Of a stretch of DNA of 64,000 nucleotides, positions 20,074 through 27,596 are shown one piece after another. The notes beneath the pieces are model-generated. The model did not search any database. It was not told where the DNA came from and saw only the letters and a program-made list of their open reading frames with translations. The position numbers and the translations under genes are program-made. How positions within the stretch are numbered: the stretch's first letter is position 1; every line of letters begins with the position of its first letter. Source of the stretch: Candidatus Micrarchaeota archaeon (GTDB lineage Archaea; Micrarchaeota; Micrarchaeia; Norongarragalinales; Norongarragalinaceae); contig JACQQD010000011.1 in assembly GCA_016207165.1 (NCBI GenBank), positions 71,715 through 135,714 of the forward strand, in the 5' to 3' direction.

Positions 20074-20477
20074 GGGCGGCGCTCCATGGCTTGCGCACAG
20101 AAGTGGCAGCAGTACGTCCGTCCGCGATAATCGTGGCCGCCTTCAAACACTTTGCACCCGCAGTGCGCGCACGTTTTGATCCGGGCGCCCAACGCCGCCT
20201 GCAAGAGCCCGCCAAAATGCGTCAACAAAACGGCGACCTGGGTGCGTCCCTTCGGAGTCAAATCAAACACGGTGGCGCGGCCCTTTCGTTTTGACCGGAT
20301 CCACTTTTTCTTTTCCAACTCCCGCAAAAAAGGGTAGACGTGACTGGCGCTGACTTTCTGGTTGAGTTGACGGCCCACATCCAAAATAAGTTGGTAACCA
20401 TGGGCCGGCGTTTGGTTCAACCGCAAAAGAATGGATAGGCGCAACAGGTTGTGCACTTTGGGAATCGTCGGTTTCAT
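20070..20477 (-). CDS. PadR-family regulator with Cys-rich C-terminal metal-binding domain
   Basis: HGYQL...VYPFLRELE...LTPKG; CAHCGC and CCHFC. Confidence 0.85.
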   Translation of the reverse strand: MKPTIPKVHNLLRLSILLRLNQTPAHGYQLILDVGRQLNQKVSASHVYPFLRELEKKKWIRSKRKGRATVFDLTPKGRTQVAVLLTHFGGLLQAALGARIKTCAHCGCKVFEGGHDYRGRTYCCHFCAQAMERRP

Positions 20478-20496
20478 GGTTTTCTCAAGCACGATC

Positions 20497-21225
20497 CTAC
20501 TCGGCCAGCTTCCGCTTGGCCCGATTCAGGTGGACGTTCGTCTTCTGCACCCACGTAGCATAGGCATCGGCTTTGCGCTCCTCTTCTTGGGTCATGGCCG
20601 CCGGCGCGACGATGGGCTCGGGGTAAACGGATTGCAAAAGCCGCGTAATCGGCTTGAGGACGTAGGAGCCCTCCCGGATGTGGGCCAGTTCATGCAATAA
20701 GACGGCCTGCATCTGCCGCTCCGACAGCGTTTCAGACATGCCGACGGTGATGAATATGGCGGGCCTCAATCCGCCGGTGGAGTACGCCTCAGGCCTACCC
20801 GAATCCACGATGAAGACGTCGGGCGCCTTCCGCATTCCCAATTCCCCGGCGTGCCGATGGATGAAGCGTTGCCAGCGCCCGGCTTCCGGCTGCGCCCGCC
20901 AACGGTGAAGCATTGGAACCACCAGCAACCCGAAGGCCAAACCCAAAGCCAAGGTGATGGGAATGACGTAAAGCAGCGTCTGCGTCAGACCCACTTCGCA
21001 AAGTCCGGCCTGCTTGCAGGTCAGCGTGGTGGCAAAGAAGACCAACGGAAACAGCAACAACGCCACGTGAGCATGCATGAGAATCGAGCGTGTTCTCGCG
21101 GAAAATCCCAAGTAGCGGGATGACAAAATAAGCAAGACGGCGAAAGCCAGGCTTGCCGCTACCAGCGTGACGTTGGTGCCGTCCTGAAAGAACAGCGTCC
21201 CGGCATCAATGACGTGATCGGCCAT
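20497..21225 (-). CDS. BlaR1/M56-like membrane zinc metalloprotease
   Basis: TM segments; LLHELAH; EERKAD; adjacent to a BlaI-like gene. Confidence 0.85.
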   Translation of the reverse strand: MADHVIDAGTLFFQDGTNVTLVAASLAFAVLLILSSRYLGFSARTRSILMHAHVALLLFPLVFFATTLTCKQAGLCEVGLTQTLLYVIPITLALGLAFGLLVVPMLHRWRAQPEAGRWQRFIHRHAGELGMRKAPDVFIVDSGRPEAYSTGGLRPAIFITVGMSETLSERQMQAVLLHELAHIREGSYVLKPITRLLQSVYPEPIVAPAAMTQEEERKADAYATWVQKTNVHLNRAKRKLAE

Positions 21226-21287
21226 ACCCCACATACGTACGACTTTCCCGCTCCGGCTTTATATCAGTTTCCGATATAGTTCTTGCG

Positions 21288-21662
21288 TCATTTGTTCTTG
21301 CGGTACTTTTCGTCGAAATAGTTGATGGCCGAGTCCCCAAAACGCGCCACCAGGCGGTCCACGGCTTGTTGCACGATGCTTTTCTGGAATTGTTCCCTGG
21401 ATTGCAGGGGGCGGTAGATGTACGCCAAGCCGCCGCGGCCGGTGGTGATGCGGCGTGAGACCAGTTTGCGTGCATACAGCCGGTCCAGCGTCACCGCCAC
21501 GCTGGTCTGGGCGCACGGGTGGCGCTTCCTGATTCGGCCGTAAATCTCGCGTACTTTAGCCTCCCCCCCGGATTCCCAGAGCGTCTCAAGGATCTTGGAT
21601 TCCAAGGGGCTAAGCACATCCGATACGGCGTCGGCTTTCTTGACCATACCACGGATTGGCAC
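21288..21662 (-). CDS. BlaI/MecI/CopY-family repressor
   Basis: LSPLESKILETLW...TSVAVTLDRLYARKLVSR...YIYRP. Confidence 0.92.
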   Translation of the reverse strand: MPIRGMVKKADAVSDVLSPLESKILETLWESGGEAKVREIYGRIRKRHPCAQTSVAVTLDRLYARKLVSRRITTGRGGLAYIYRPLQSREQFQKSIVQQAVDRLVARFGDSAINYFDEKYRKNK

Positions 21663-21691
21663 ACCAGGCTATATATGCATTTCTTTTACGC

Positions 21692-21751
21692 AAAGCATTT
21701 CATTTAATGAAAAGATATTTAATAGATGTAACACTAATGCGTTGCATTACA
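21692..21751. promoter_or_regulatory. Operator boxes in the divergent blaI/thioredoxin promoter
   Basis: TTTCATTTAATGAAA and TAATGC-GTT-GCATTA palindromes; both boxes recur at 22892-22953. Confidence 0.55.
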
Positions 21752-21770
21752 AAATGAGGTTGAATGAAAA

Positions 21771-22892
21771 ATGAGTTTACGAAACACCCCCCTACACGCG
21801 CGCCAAAACCGGATGGAAAGCATCGCCCTCGTGCTTGCCGCCGCGACTCTGATGATAGCCTCTTTCTCACTTTGGCAATCCGTGGAGGCCGGCAACACCC
21901 TGGAATCCAGACTAGCCGTACCCACGCCCTTGCCGTTGCCCAAAATCAACGTCATCCAATTAGTCAACCCGGTATGCGCGGACTGCTGGAACGCAAAAAG
22001 CGTTATGCAAACGCTTCCTTCTCTCGCGTCCGTTGAGGCACGCCTCGTTGATTTCCAGACTCCGGAAGGCCAAGCGCTGATCCAGCAATTCAACGTCACG
22101 AAAGCGCCAACCGCGATTGTCACCGGCCAGATTGACGACGCCCGTTTGCGGCCCTTTCTTTCGCAAGGCTGGACCCGTCGCGGCGATGCCTACGTTTTCG
22201 TGGCCCAGGAACCCGTCTACTTCAACCCCCAGACGCTTGAAGTCACCGGCCGCGTTGAATTGACCCGCGTCGTTGAGCCCTCCTGCACATCGTGCGTCAA
22301 TTTGGCTCCCTTAACCGAACAACTCAAGCAGGCCGGAATCGCCATCGGTTCGGAACAAGAATTCAACGCCAGGTCACCAGAAGGCACAAGACTCATCCAA
22401 AGATACAATGCGACCACGTTGCCCTTGCTCATCCTTTCCAAAGACGCCCAAACCTACCCCCGCTTCCTGCAGGCCTGGCAGGACGTGGGTTCCGTCGAAC
22501 CGGATGGCGCACTGGTCTGGCGCCAGGCGACGCCGCCGTATTTGAACTTGACGTCCAACCAAACCGAGGGCATCGTGGACCTGACGGAATTGGTGGACGC
22601 CTCCTGCACGTCCTGCTACGACGTCAAGACCCACCAAGCCATCCTGGCCAATTTCGGAGTGGTCATCGGCAACGTCACGCGCTGGGACGTGAAAACCGTC
22701 CAAGGACGCGGGCTGATTGAAAAATACGACGTCAAGCAGGTGCCCACTGTGCTTCTGTCTCCGGATGCTGGACTGTACGACGCACTGACTTCAATCTGGA
22801 CGCAGGTCGGCAGCCAAGAGCCGGATGGCGCGTTCGTCTTCCGCAACATGGAGGCCCTTGGCAACGCGACCGCGGTCAACGTGACCCGGTGA
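21771..22892 (+). CDS. Membrane-anchored protein with three tandem CxxC thioredoxin-like repeats
   Basis: CADC, CTSC, CTSC, each followed by G..LI..Y/F....P and W..VGS.EPDG-like segments. Confidence 0.8.
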   Translation: MSLRNTPLHARQNRMESIALVLAAATLMIASFSLWQSVEAGNTLESRLAVPTPLPLPKINVIQLVNPVCADCWNAKSVMQTLPSLASVEARLVDFQTPEGQALIQQFNVTKAPTAIVTGQIDDARLRPFLSQGWTRRGDAYVFVAQEPVYFNPQTLEVTGRVELTRVVEPSCTSCVNLAPLTEQLKQAGIAIGSEQEFNARSPEGTRLIQRYNATTLPLLILSKDAQTYPRFLQAWQDVGSVEPDGALVWRQATPPYLNLTSNQTEGIVDLTELVDASCTSCYDVKTHQAILANFGVVIGNVTRWDVKTVQGRGLIEKYDVKQVPTVLLSPDAGLYDALTSIWTQVGSQEPDGAFVFRNMEALGNATAVNVTR

Positions 22893-22953
22893 ATGCGTTA
22901 CAAGCGTTGCAAAGGTTTATTAACATGAAGTGTTTCATATAATGTAATGCTTT
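22892..22953. promoter_or_regulatory. Promoter/operator of the GLPNMVGGC operon
   Basis: TTTCATATAATGTAATGCTTT matches the reverse complement of 21692-21712 at 18/21 positions; TTTATTAA TATA-like box. Confidence 0.55.
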
Positions 22954-22968
22954 TCGAGAGGTGTCTAG

Positions 22969-23760
22969 ATGAAAGAGAATGAACCGTCGCATCATCATGA
23001 TCCAACGCAACGCGCGCAGGAGTCTCATGGAAACGCGGAACGGACTCGTCCGCACTGGCTTTGGACCTTGTTCCTGCTCACCGCGTTTTCCGTGGCCATC
23101 ATGGCGTTCAACCAGCTTCAAATCGCGGACATTCAATACGGCATGGCCACGTATGCGGCCGCCGAGATAACGACAGGCTCCGGCACGCCCGTCGGCTCGT
23201 CTGGCGCATCGGACGGAATTTCCGCGGCCAACCTTCAGGCGTTGGCGGACCGCATCATTCCCCGCGGAATACCCGCCGTCTACGGCAATGAACTGGGCGT
23301 GTCGTACGACGACCCCGTCTCGGCCATGAAAGTCATGGCACCCATGGATGACGGCATCACGCTCTCGGCTGAACAAAACGCGCGGTACGTGAAAATAGCC
23401 TCGCCGATTTCCTGCGAGTACTGTTGCGGCGCCGAGTCCATCATTTTCCCCAACGGACAGGCGGCGTGCGGCTGCCAGCACTCGTACGCCATGCGGGGCC
23501 TGGCCAAGTATCTGATTACGAAGCACGGCACCCAGTACACGGATGAACAAGTCCTGGAGGAGTTGGGCAAGTGGAAGACGCTGTTCTTCCCCAAACAGAT
23601 TCTAACCAAGGCCCTGGCCTTTGAATCCGCTGGAAAGGACGTCAACACCATCGATTTGACGTCGAACAAGTACCGCGGGTTCACCGCGCAAAGTGCCGCG
23701 GCATCCGCTGGCCAAGCGCAGGGAGTCGCCGGCTTGCCGAACATGGTCGGCGGTTGTTGA
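22969..23760 (+). CDS. Membrane-anchored Cys-rich protein (SCEYCCG/ACGCxH) with C-terminal GLPNMVGGC
   Basis: His-rich N-terminus; TM; Cys cluster; conserved tail. Confidence 0.85.
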   Translation: MKENEPSHHHDPTQRAQESHGNAERTRPHWLWTLFLLTAFSVAIMAFNQLQIADIQYGMATYAAAEITTGSGTPVGSSGASDGISAANLQALADRIIPRGIPAVYGNELGVSYDDPVSAMKVMAPMDDGITLSAEQNARYVKIASPISCEYCCGAESIIFPNGQAACGCQHSYAMRGLAKYLITKHGTQYTDEQVLEELGKWKTLFFPKQILTKALAFESAGKDVNTIDLTSNKYRGFTAQSAAASAGQAQGVAGLPNMVGGC

Positions 23761-23780
23761 AAAGGGAGGACTGAAAGAAA

Positions 23781-23936
23781 ATGCAACGATGCAAGAAATG
23801 CCAAAAGCCGTACCTTTCGTGTTGCGGCGACACAAGCGAGTACTGTTTCGATTGCCAGCCGCGCGAGAAAGGGATGTGCGCCATTGACGCGCCAAAAAAA
23901 ACCGCAAAGATAAAGGGAGGTCATCGCCATGGATAA
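23781..23936 (+). CDS. 51-aa Cys-rich microprotein (metallothionein/zinc-ribbon-like)
   Basis: MQRCKKCQKPYLSCCGDTSEYCFDCQPREKGMC...; GGAGG Shine-Dalgarno; stop overlaps the next gene's start; absent from ORF track. Confidence 0.65.
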   Translation: MQRCKKCQKPYLSCCGDTSEYCFDCQPREKGMCAIDAPKKTAKIKGGHRHG

Positions 23937-24210
23937 GATCGTCATTCTATCGGCTCTCATGGGCCTGGTGCTGGTCGCCTCGGCGTTCCAGGCATTCGAG
24001 TTAAACGGCCTGAAAAACCAGTTGTACGCCAAGACCGGCGCCGTCGCGCTTTCTTCAGCCCCAGCGCAACTTGCTTCCGGCGGGGGCGAAACGTATGAAC
24101 AAATGATGCAACGCATGCACCCCGACCAGTTCGCACAACAACAGGCCGCCAGCGCGGCGGTGGGTGGAAACGCGCTCAACGGATTGCCGAACATGGTGGG
24201 AGGATGCTGA
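23929..24210 (+). CDS. Small membrane-anchored protein, Met/His motif and C-terminal GLPNMVGGC
   Basis: TM; ETYEQMMQRMHPDQ; tail; GGAGGT Shine-Dalgarno. Confidence 0.85.
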   Translation: MDKIVILSALMGLVLVASAFQAFELNGLKNQLYAKTGAVALSSAPAQLASGGGETYEQMMQRMHPDQFAQQQAASAAVGGNALNGLPNMVGGC

Positions 24211-24214
24211 AACC

Positions 24215-24418
24215 ATGGACCACATGTTGGCGTTGACGGCCTTGTTGGCATTGGTTTTGGTGGCCGCGGCATTCCAAAGCGTTGAACTGGCCGACCTAGA
24301 GTCCAGTTTGGAGAAAATCAAGCCGGCGGCCGCCCCGTCTGCACAGCCATTGGTCGCGGCGGCTCCGGCACAGTCCGGCGGCTTGAACGGCTTGCCGAAC
24401 ATGGTCGGCGGTTGTTGA
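24215..24418 (+). CDS. Small membrane-anchored protein with C-terminal GLPNMVGGC
   Basis: TM, FQSVEL, Ala/Pro linker, tail. Confidence 0.82.
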   Translation: MDHMLALTALLALVLVAAAFQSVELADLESSLEKIKPAAAPSAQPLVAAAPAQSGGLNGLPNMVGGC

Positions 24419-24432
24419 AAAAAAGGGAGGGG

Positions 24433-25050
24433 ATGAGACGAATGACGAGTTACCCTTGGGTTTACATGGCGCTGGCGTTGCTGCTGGTGCCTCTGGCGAC
24501 AGCGGCCACGCCGCGCATGCTGGTGTACAAAAACGACGCCTGCAGCCACTGCGGGCCGTACCTCCAGCAACTGTTCGCCATGCTGGAGGAAAACGGGGTT
24601 GCGGCGGACCAAGTCGTGGTCCGCGACTATTTGAACAGCCCGAACGACCGCCGGGAAGTCGCCGAACTTCAAGCCCGCTTTGGCGTGCCGTTGGACATGC
24701 AAGGCCACATGGTGGCGGTCATGGATGGCGTTTACGTTCTGGAAGGACACGTGCCGCTTTCGGTGGTGCAAGGCTACTTGAACGCGCCCAAGCCCGACCA
24801 ACCGGTGGTGGTTTACCAGGACTCCATGCAGCCAAACGTCCAAACGTACGCCGTACTGTACGCAGGAAAACGCCAAATTTATGCCGTCAACGGCGAACCC
24901 GTAACCCCGCCGTCCGAGGATTACTCCAAGTACGTCATTCCAGCCATTCTCTTGGCCATGACCGGCCTGTTGGCGTTTCTCGGATTGAAGAAAAACCAGT
25001 CGTCCAACGGCCAAAACGGAGTGGAGATGAAGAGGAAAAAACATGGTTGA
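24433..25050 (+). CDS. CopG/DUF411-like thioredoxin-fold protein with C-terminal TM anchor
   Basis: YKNDACSHC...FGVP...DGVYVLEGHVP. Confidence 0.7.
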   Translation: MRRMTSYPWVYMALALLLVPLATAATPRMLVYKNDACSHCGPYLQQLFAMLEENGVAADQVVVRDYLNSPNDRREVAELQARFGVPLDMQGHMVAVMDGVYVLEGHVPLSVVQGYLNAPKPDQPVVVYQDSMQPNVQTYAVLYAGKRQIYAVNGEPVTPPSEDYSKYVIPAILLAMTGLLAFLGLKKNQSSNGQNGVEMKRKKHG

Positions 25051-25720
25051 TTTCTGGCAATTGGCGGCGTTGGTGACGTCTTCCGGATTCCTGGACGGCA
25101 TCCACCCCTGCGGTTTCGCCGTGTTGCTGTTCTTCATCGCGTTCTTGCTTTCGCTCCAGCGCTCGCGAAGGCACATCCTGCTCATGGGCGGCGCCTACAT
25201 CGCCGGCGTCTTTTTCACGTACTTCTTGATCGGCCTGGGCATCTTCAAGGCCGTGTCGTTTTTCCCGGGCCACTTCTTCGCCATCGCCGGCTCGCTGTTG
25301 TTGGTCGTCATCGGACTCATCAGCATCCGCGACGGATTCACCGGAAAGGAAACATTGGCCATCCCTAAAATCAGCAAGCCGTGGATTAACGACGCCATCC
25401 AAAAAGCCACGTTGCCTGCCGCTTTCGTCGCCGGCCTGCTCGTCGGCCTCTGCGCGTTTCCCTGCGCCGGCGGCATTTACCTAGCCGTTCTGGGATTCTT
25501 GACCGTATCGACGACGTTCTGGGAAGGCGTGGGTTTTCTGGCATTGTACAACGTCTTCTTCGTCATGCCGCTGATTTTGACGCTTTTGTTCGCATCCAAC
25601 GAAAACGTCCTGAACCGGTTGGAAACGCTGGAGCAGGACAACCGAAAGAAGTTCAAGTTTGCCCTGGGCATCGCCGCCATCGCGTTGGCGTCATTCATCT
25701 TGTACTCGGTGTTGGCATGA
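25043..25720 (+). CDS. CcdA-like (cytochrome c biogenesis/DsbD TM domain) protein
   Basis: DGIHPCGFAVL and CAFPCAGGIY; about six TM segments. Confidence 0.82.
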   Translation: MVDFWQLAALVTSSGFLDGIHPCGFAVLLFFIAFLLSLQRSRRHILLMGGAYIAGVFFTYFLIGLGIFKAVSFFPGHFFAIAGSLLLVVIGLISIRDGFTGKETLAIPKISKPWINDAIQKATLPAAFVAGLLVGLCAFPCAGGIYLAVLGFLTVSTTFWEGVGFLALYNVFFVMPLILTLLFASNENVLNRLETLEQDNRKKFKFALGIAAIALASFILYSVLA

Positions 25721-26313
25721 AGAAGCGGAACCGTGCGGCCAAACGAAAGGACGGCCTGACGTCCTATTTGGAGCGCCACGACGTTCTGGCGGGGGTGCTG
25801 GCCGCCGCCGTGCTGCCAGCGTTTTACTTGGCCTTGTTGACCGGGCTCAATGGATTCGGCCACGCCCTGCTGCAAATCAGTTCGTTGGCTGGCTGGATGG
25901 CCCTTTTGTCCACGGGGTTGGGCCTCCAAGTGCAATTGTACTTCCGGTTGCGCCGGCTCCACCGCGAAGCCAACGCCCAAGGCGTCGCCGCCTCCGGCGG
26001 CGCGTCGGCATTTTCCATGGCGGCCTGCTGCGCACACCACGCCGCCGACGTGTTGCCCGCATTCGGATTGGCCGCCGCCGCTTCCTTTCTGTCCTACTAC
26101 CAAGACAGCTTCCTGCTCTTGGGCGTTTTGAGCAACATCGGCGGGCTTGGGTACATGCTGTCCTGCTACCAGGACTCGCGCCTGAAGACGGACGGTTTTC
26201 TGGATGCGGCACTGCGGTTTCCCTTGAAAGAGTGGCTGCCGTTTTACGTCGTGGCCGCGGCGGCGTTGTTCGTCGCACACGCGGCGTCGCTTTGGTTCAA
26301 ATCGATACATTGA
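25717..26313 (+). CDS. Membrane protein with SMAACCAHH metal-binding motif
   Basis: Multi-TM; CCAHH; ATGA overlap with the upstream gene. Confidence 0.75.
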   Translation: MKKRNRAAKRKDGLTSYLERHDVLAGVLAAAVLPAFYLALLTGLNGFGHALLQISSLAGWMALLSTGLGLQVQLYFRLRRLHREANAQGVAASGGASAFSMAACCAHHAADVLPAFGLAAAASFLSYYQDSFLLLGVLSNIGGLGYMLSCYQDSRLKTDGFLDAALRFPLKEWLPFYVVAAAALFVAHAASLWFKSIH

Positions 26314-26323
26314 GGTGAGTGGG

Positions 26324-26629
26324 ATGAAACATTTCGAGTATGTCGTCGTTTTCGTGGCCGTCATGGCGTTGGCGTTCGCCTTCTTCGTGTACGCGCCGGG
26401 AGGCGTCCAGAAAGACGCGGGCGGCAACGTCTTGGCCGGCGGCCAGAATTTCCAGTTTTACCAGCAGAAGGCCGCCGCGTTGGGAAACGAATGCGGCGAC
26501 TTGAACGACGAAAGCAACGTCCAGCATTTGTCGCACCACCCGGACCGCTACGCCGATTGCCTCAAGCAAGTCGAACCGGGCGCGTTGCAGAAGGCGACCG
26601 GAAAGACGCTACAGCAAATCGTCGGGTGA
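26324..26629 (+). CDS. Membrane-anchored small protein (C...HLSHHP...C)
   Basis: TM then CGDL...QHLSHHPDRYADC; GAGGTGA Shine-Dalgarno. Confidence 0.75.
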   Translation: MKHFEYVVVFVAVMALAFAFFVYAPGGVQKDAGGNVLAGGQNFQFYQQKAAALGNECGDLNDESNVQHLSHHPDRYADCLKQVEPGALQKATGKTLQQIVG

Positions 26630-26636
26630 ACACGGG

Positions 26637-26852
26637 ATGAACGCTTGGATAAAAAAAGGCGTGGACGGCCTTGCGAAGAATCACGGCTTGTTAATGGCGT
26701 TGTGCATTGGCCCGTGGATCGTCTTGGGCGCGGCCTACGCCTTGGGATTCCGCCATCCGCTGTTATGGCCGGCGGCCCTGGTGTTGTGCATTGGGTCCCA
26801 CGTGCTGATGATGGCGGCGCACTCCGACAAAGAAGGGAAAACCTGCCACTAG
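26637..26852 (+). CDS. DUF2933-like small membrane protein
   Basis: HGLLMALC...LCIGSHVLMM...H...CH. Confidence 0.7.
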   Translation: MNAWIKKGVDGLAKNHGLLMALCIGPWIVLGAAYALGFRHPLLWPAALVLCIGSHVLMMAAHSDKEGKTCH

Positions 26853-26872
26853 CCAACAGGAGGTAAACCGTC

Positions 26873-26959
26873 ATGGACTGGAAGGAAATCGCGCTTTGGT
26901 TGGGCTTTGTCGCCGCGTTCGGCGGCATGTGGGTCGTCATGCACGGCATTCCGAAGTGA
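26873..26959 (+). CDS. 28-aa single-TM microprotein
   Basis: MDWKEIALWLGFVAAFGGMWVVMHGIPK; GGAGGT Shine-Dalgarno. Confidence 0.55.
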   Translation: MDWKEIALWLGFVAAFGGMWVVMHGIPK

Positions 26960-26999
26960 TGGCATTGACGCGAGACGCGGAAAGGAGGTGGGGAAAAAG

Positions 27000-27032
27000 A
27001 TGACCAAACCGAAGAAAAGCAGGGGTTGTTGA
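27000..27032 (+). CDS. 10-codon micro-ORF MTKPKKSRGC
   Basis: GGAGGTG Shine-Dalgarno 9 nt upstream; ends GGTTGTTGA like two of the MVGGC genes. Confidence 0.3.
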   Translation: MTKPKKSRGC

Positions 27033-27161
27033 AACCGTTGGGGACGTGAACCGGTTTTCCGGAAAAGCCGCCCGCGCGAAGAAGCGTTACGAAAAAGAAT
27101 AACAAGACGACACCATTACTTTTGAGAGAAAGCCTAAACGGGAGGCGAGGTTGATGAAATC

Positions 27162-27425
27162 GTGAAATCGCAAAAACTGGATGAAAAAGCGGCCGGCATG
27201 GCGCTTTCCGCCGTGTTCGGCGCCTGGTATTTGATCTGCGCGCTGGCCTGGTACGCATTCCAGAACCCCACGATGATGCTGGGCCAAAACATGTTCCACG
27301 GCGTGAGCCTGCAAATGCCAACGTGGAGCCTGGCCGGCGTTTTGTCGGGCCTGGTCGCATGGCTCGTTTTGGCGTACGCCAGCGGTTACGTGTTCGCACA
27401 CCTCTACAACCGCACGGCACGCTGA
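27162..27425 (+). CDS. DUF5676-like two-TM protein
   Basis: YLICAL...NMFHG...YVFAHLYN. Confidence 0.7.
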   Translation: MKSQKLDEKAAGMALSAVFGAWYLICALAWYAFQNPTMMLGQNMFHGVSLQMPTWSLAGVLSGLVAWLVLAYASGYVFAHLYNRTAR

Positions 27426-27596
27426 GACAGCCAGAACGTGGAGAAGCCGTTTCCCCCTTTCTTAGTTTCAAACCGTCTTGGGCACATGCGTTGAAACAAA
27501 TCACAGTCTAAATCGGCGGATCGGTTTCGGATAACCCTATAAACCTTTTCACTCCCCTATGTTGATGTCGTTGACGTTTTAGCAGGTGCAATTTCC

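Noticed and set aside
23755-24421. Selenocysteine readthrough (GGC-U) because all three MVGGC genes end in TGA
   Set aside because: Codons after the TGA are not conserved and run into the next gene's Shine-Dalgarno or start. No Sec machinery is seen in the window, and TGA is common at this GC content.
23731-24421. GLPNMVGGC DNA repeats as a CRISPR array or recombination sites
   Set aside because: There are only three copies, with irregular long spacing, all in frame at gene ends and varying silently. No cas or recombinase gene is nearby.
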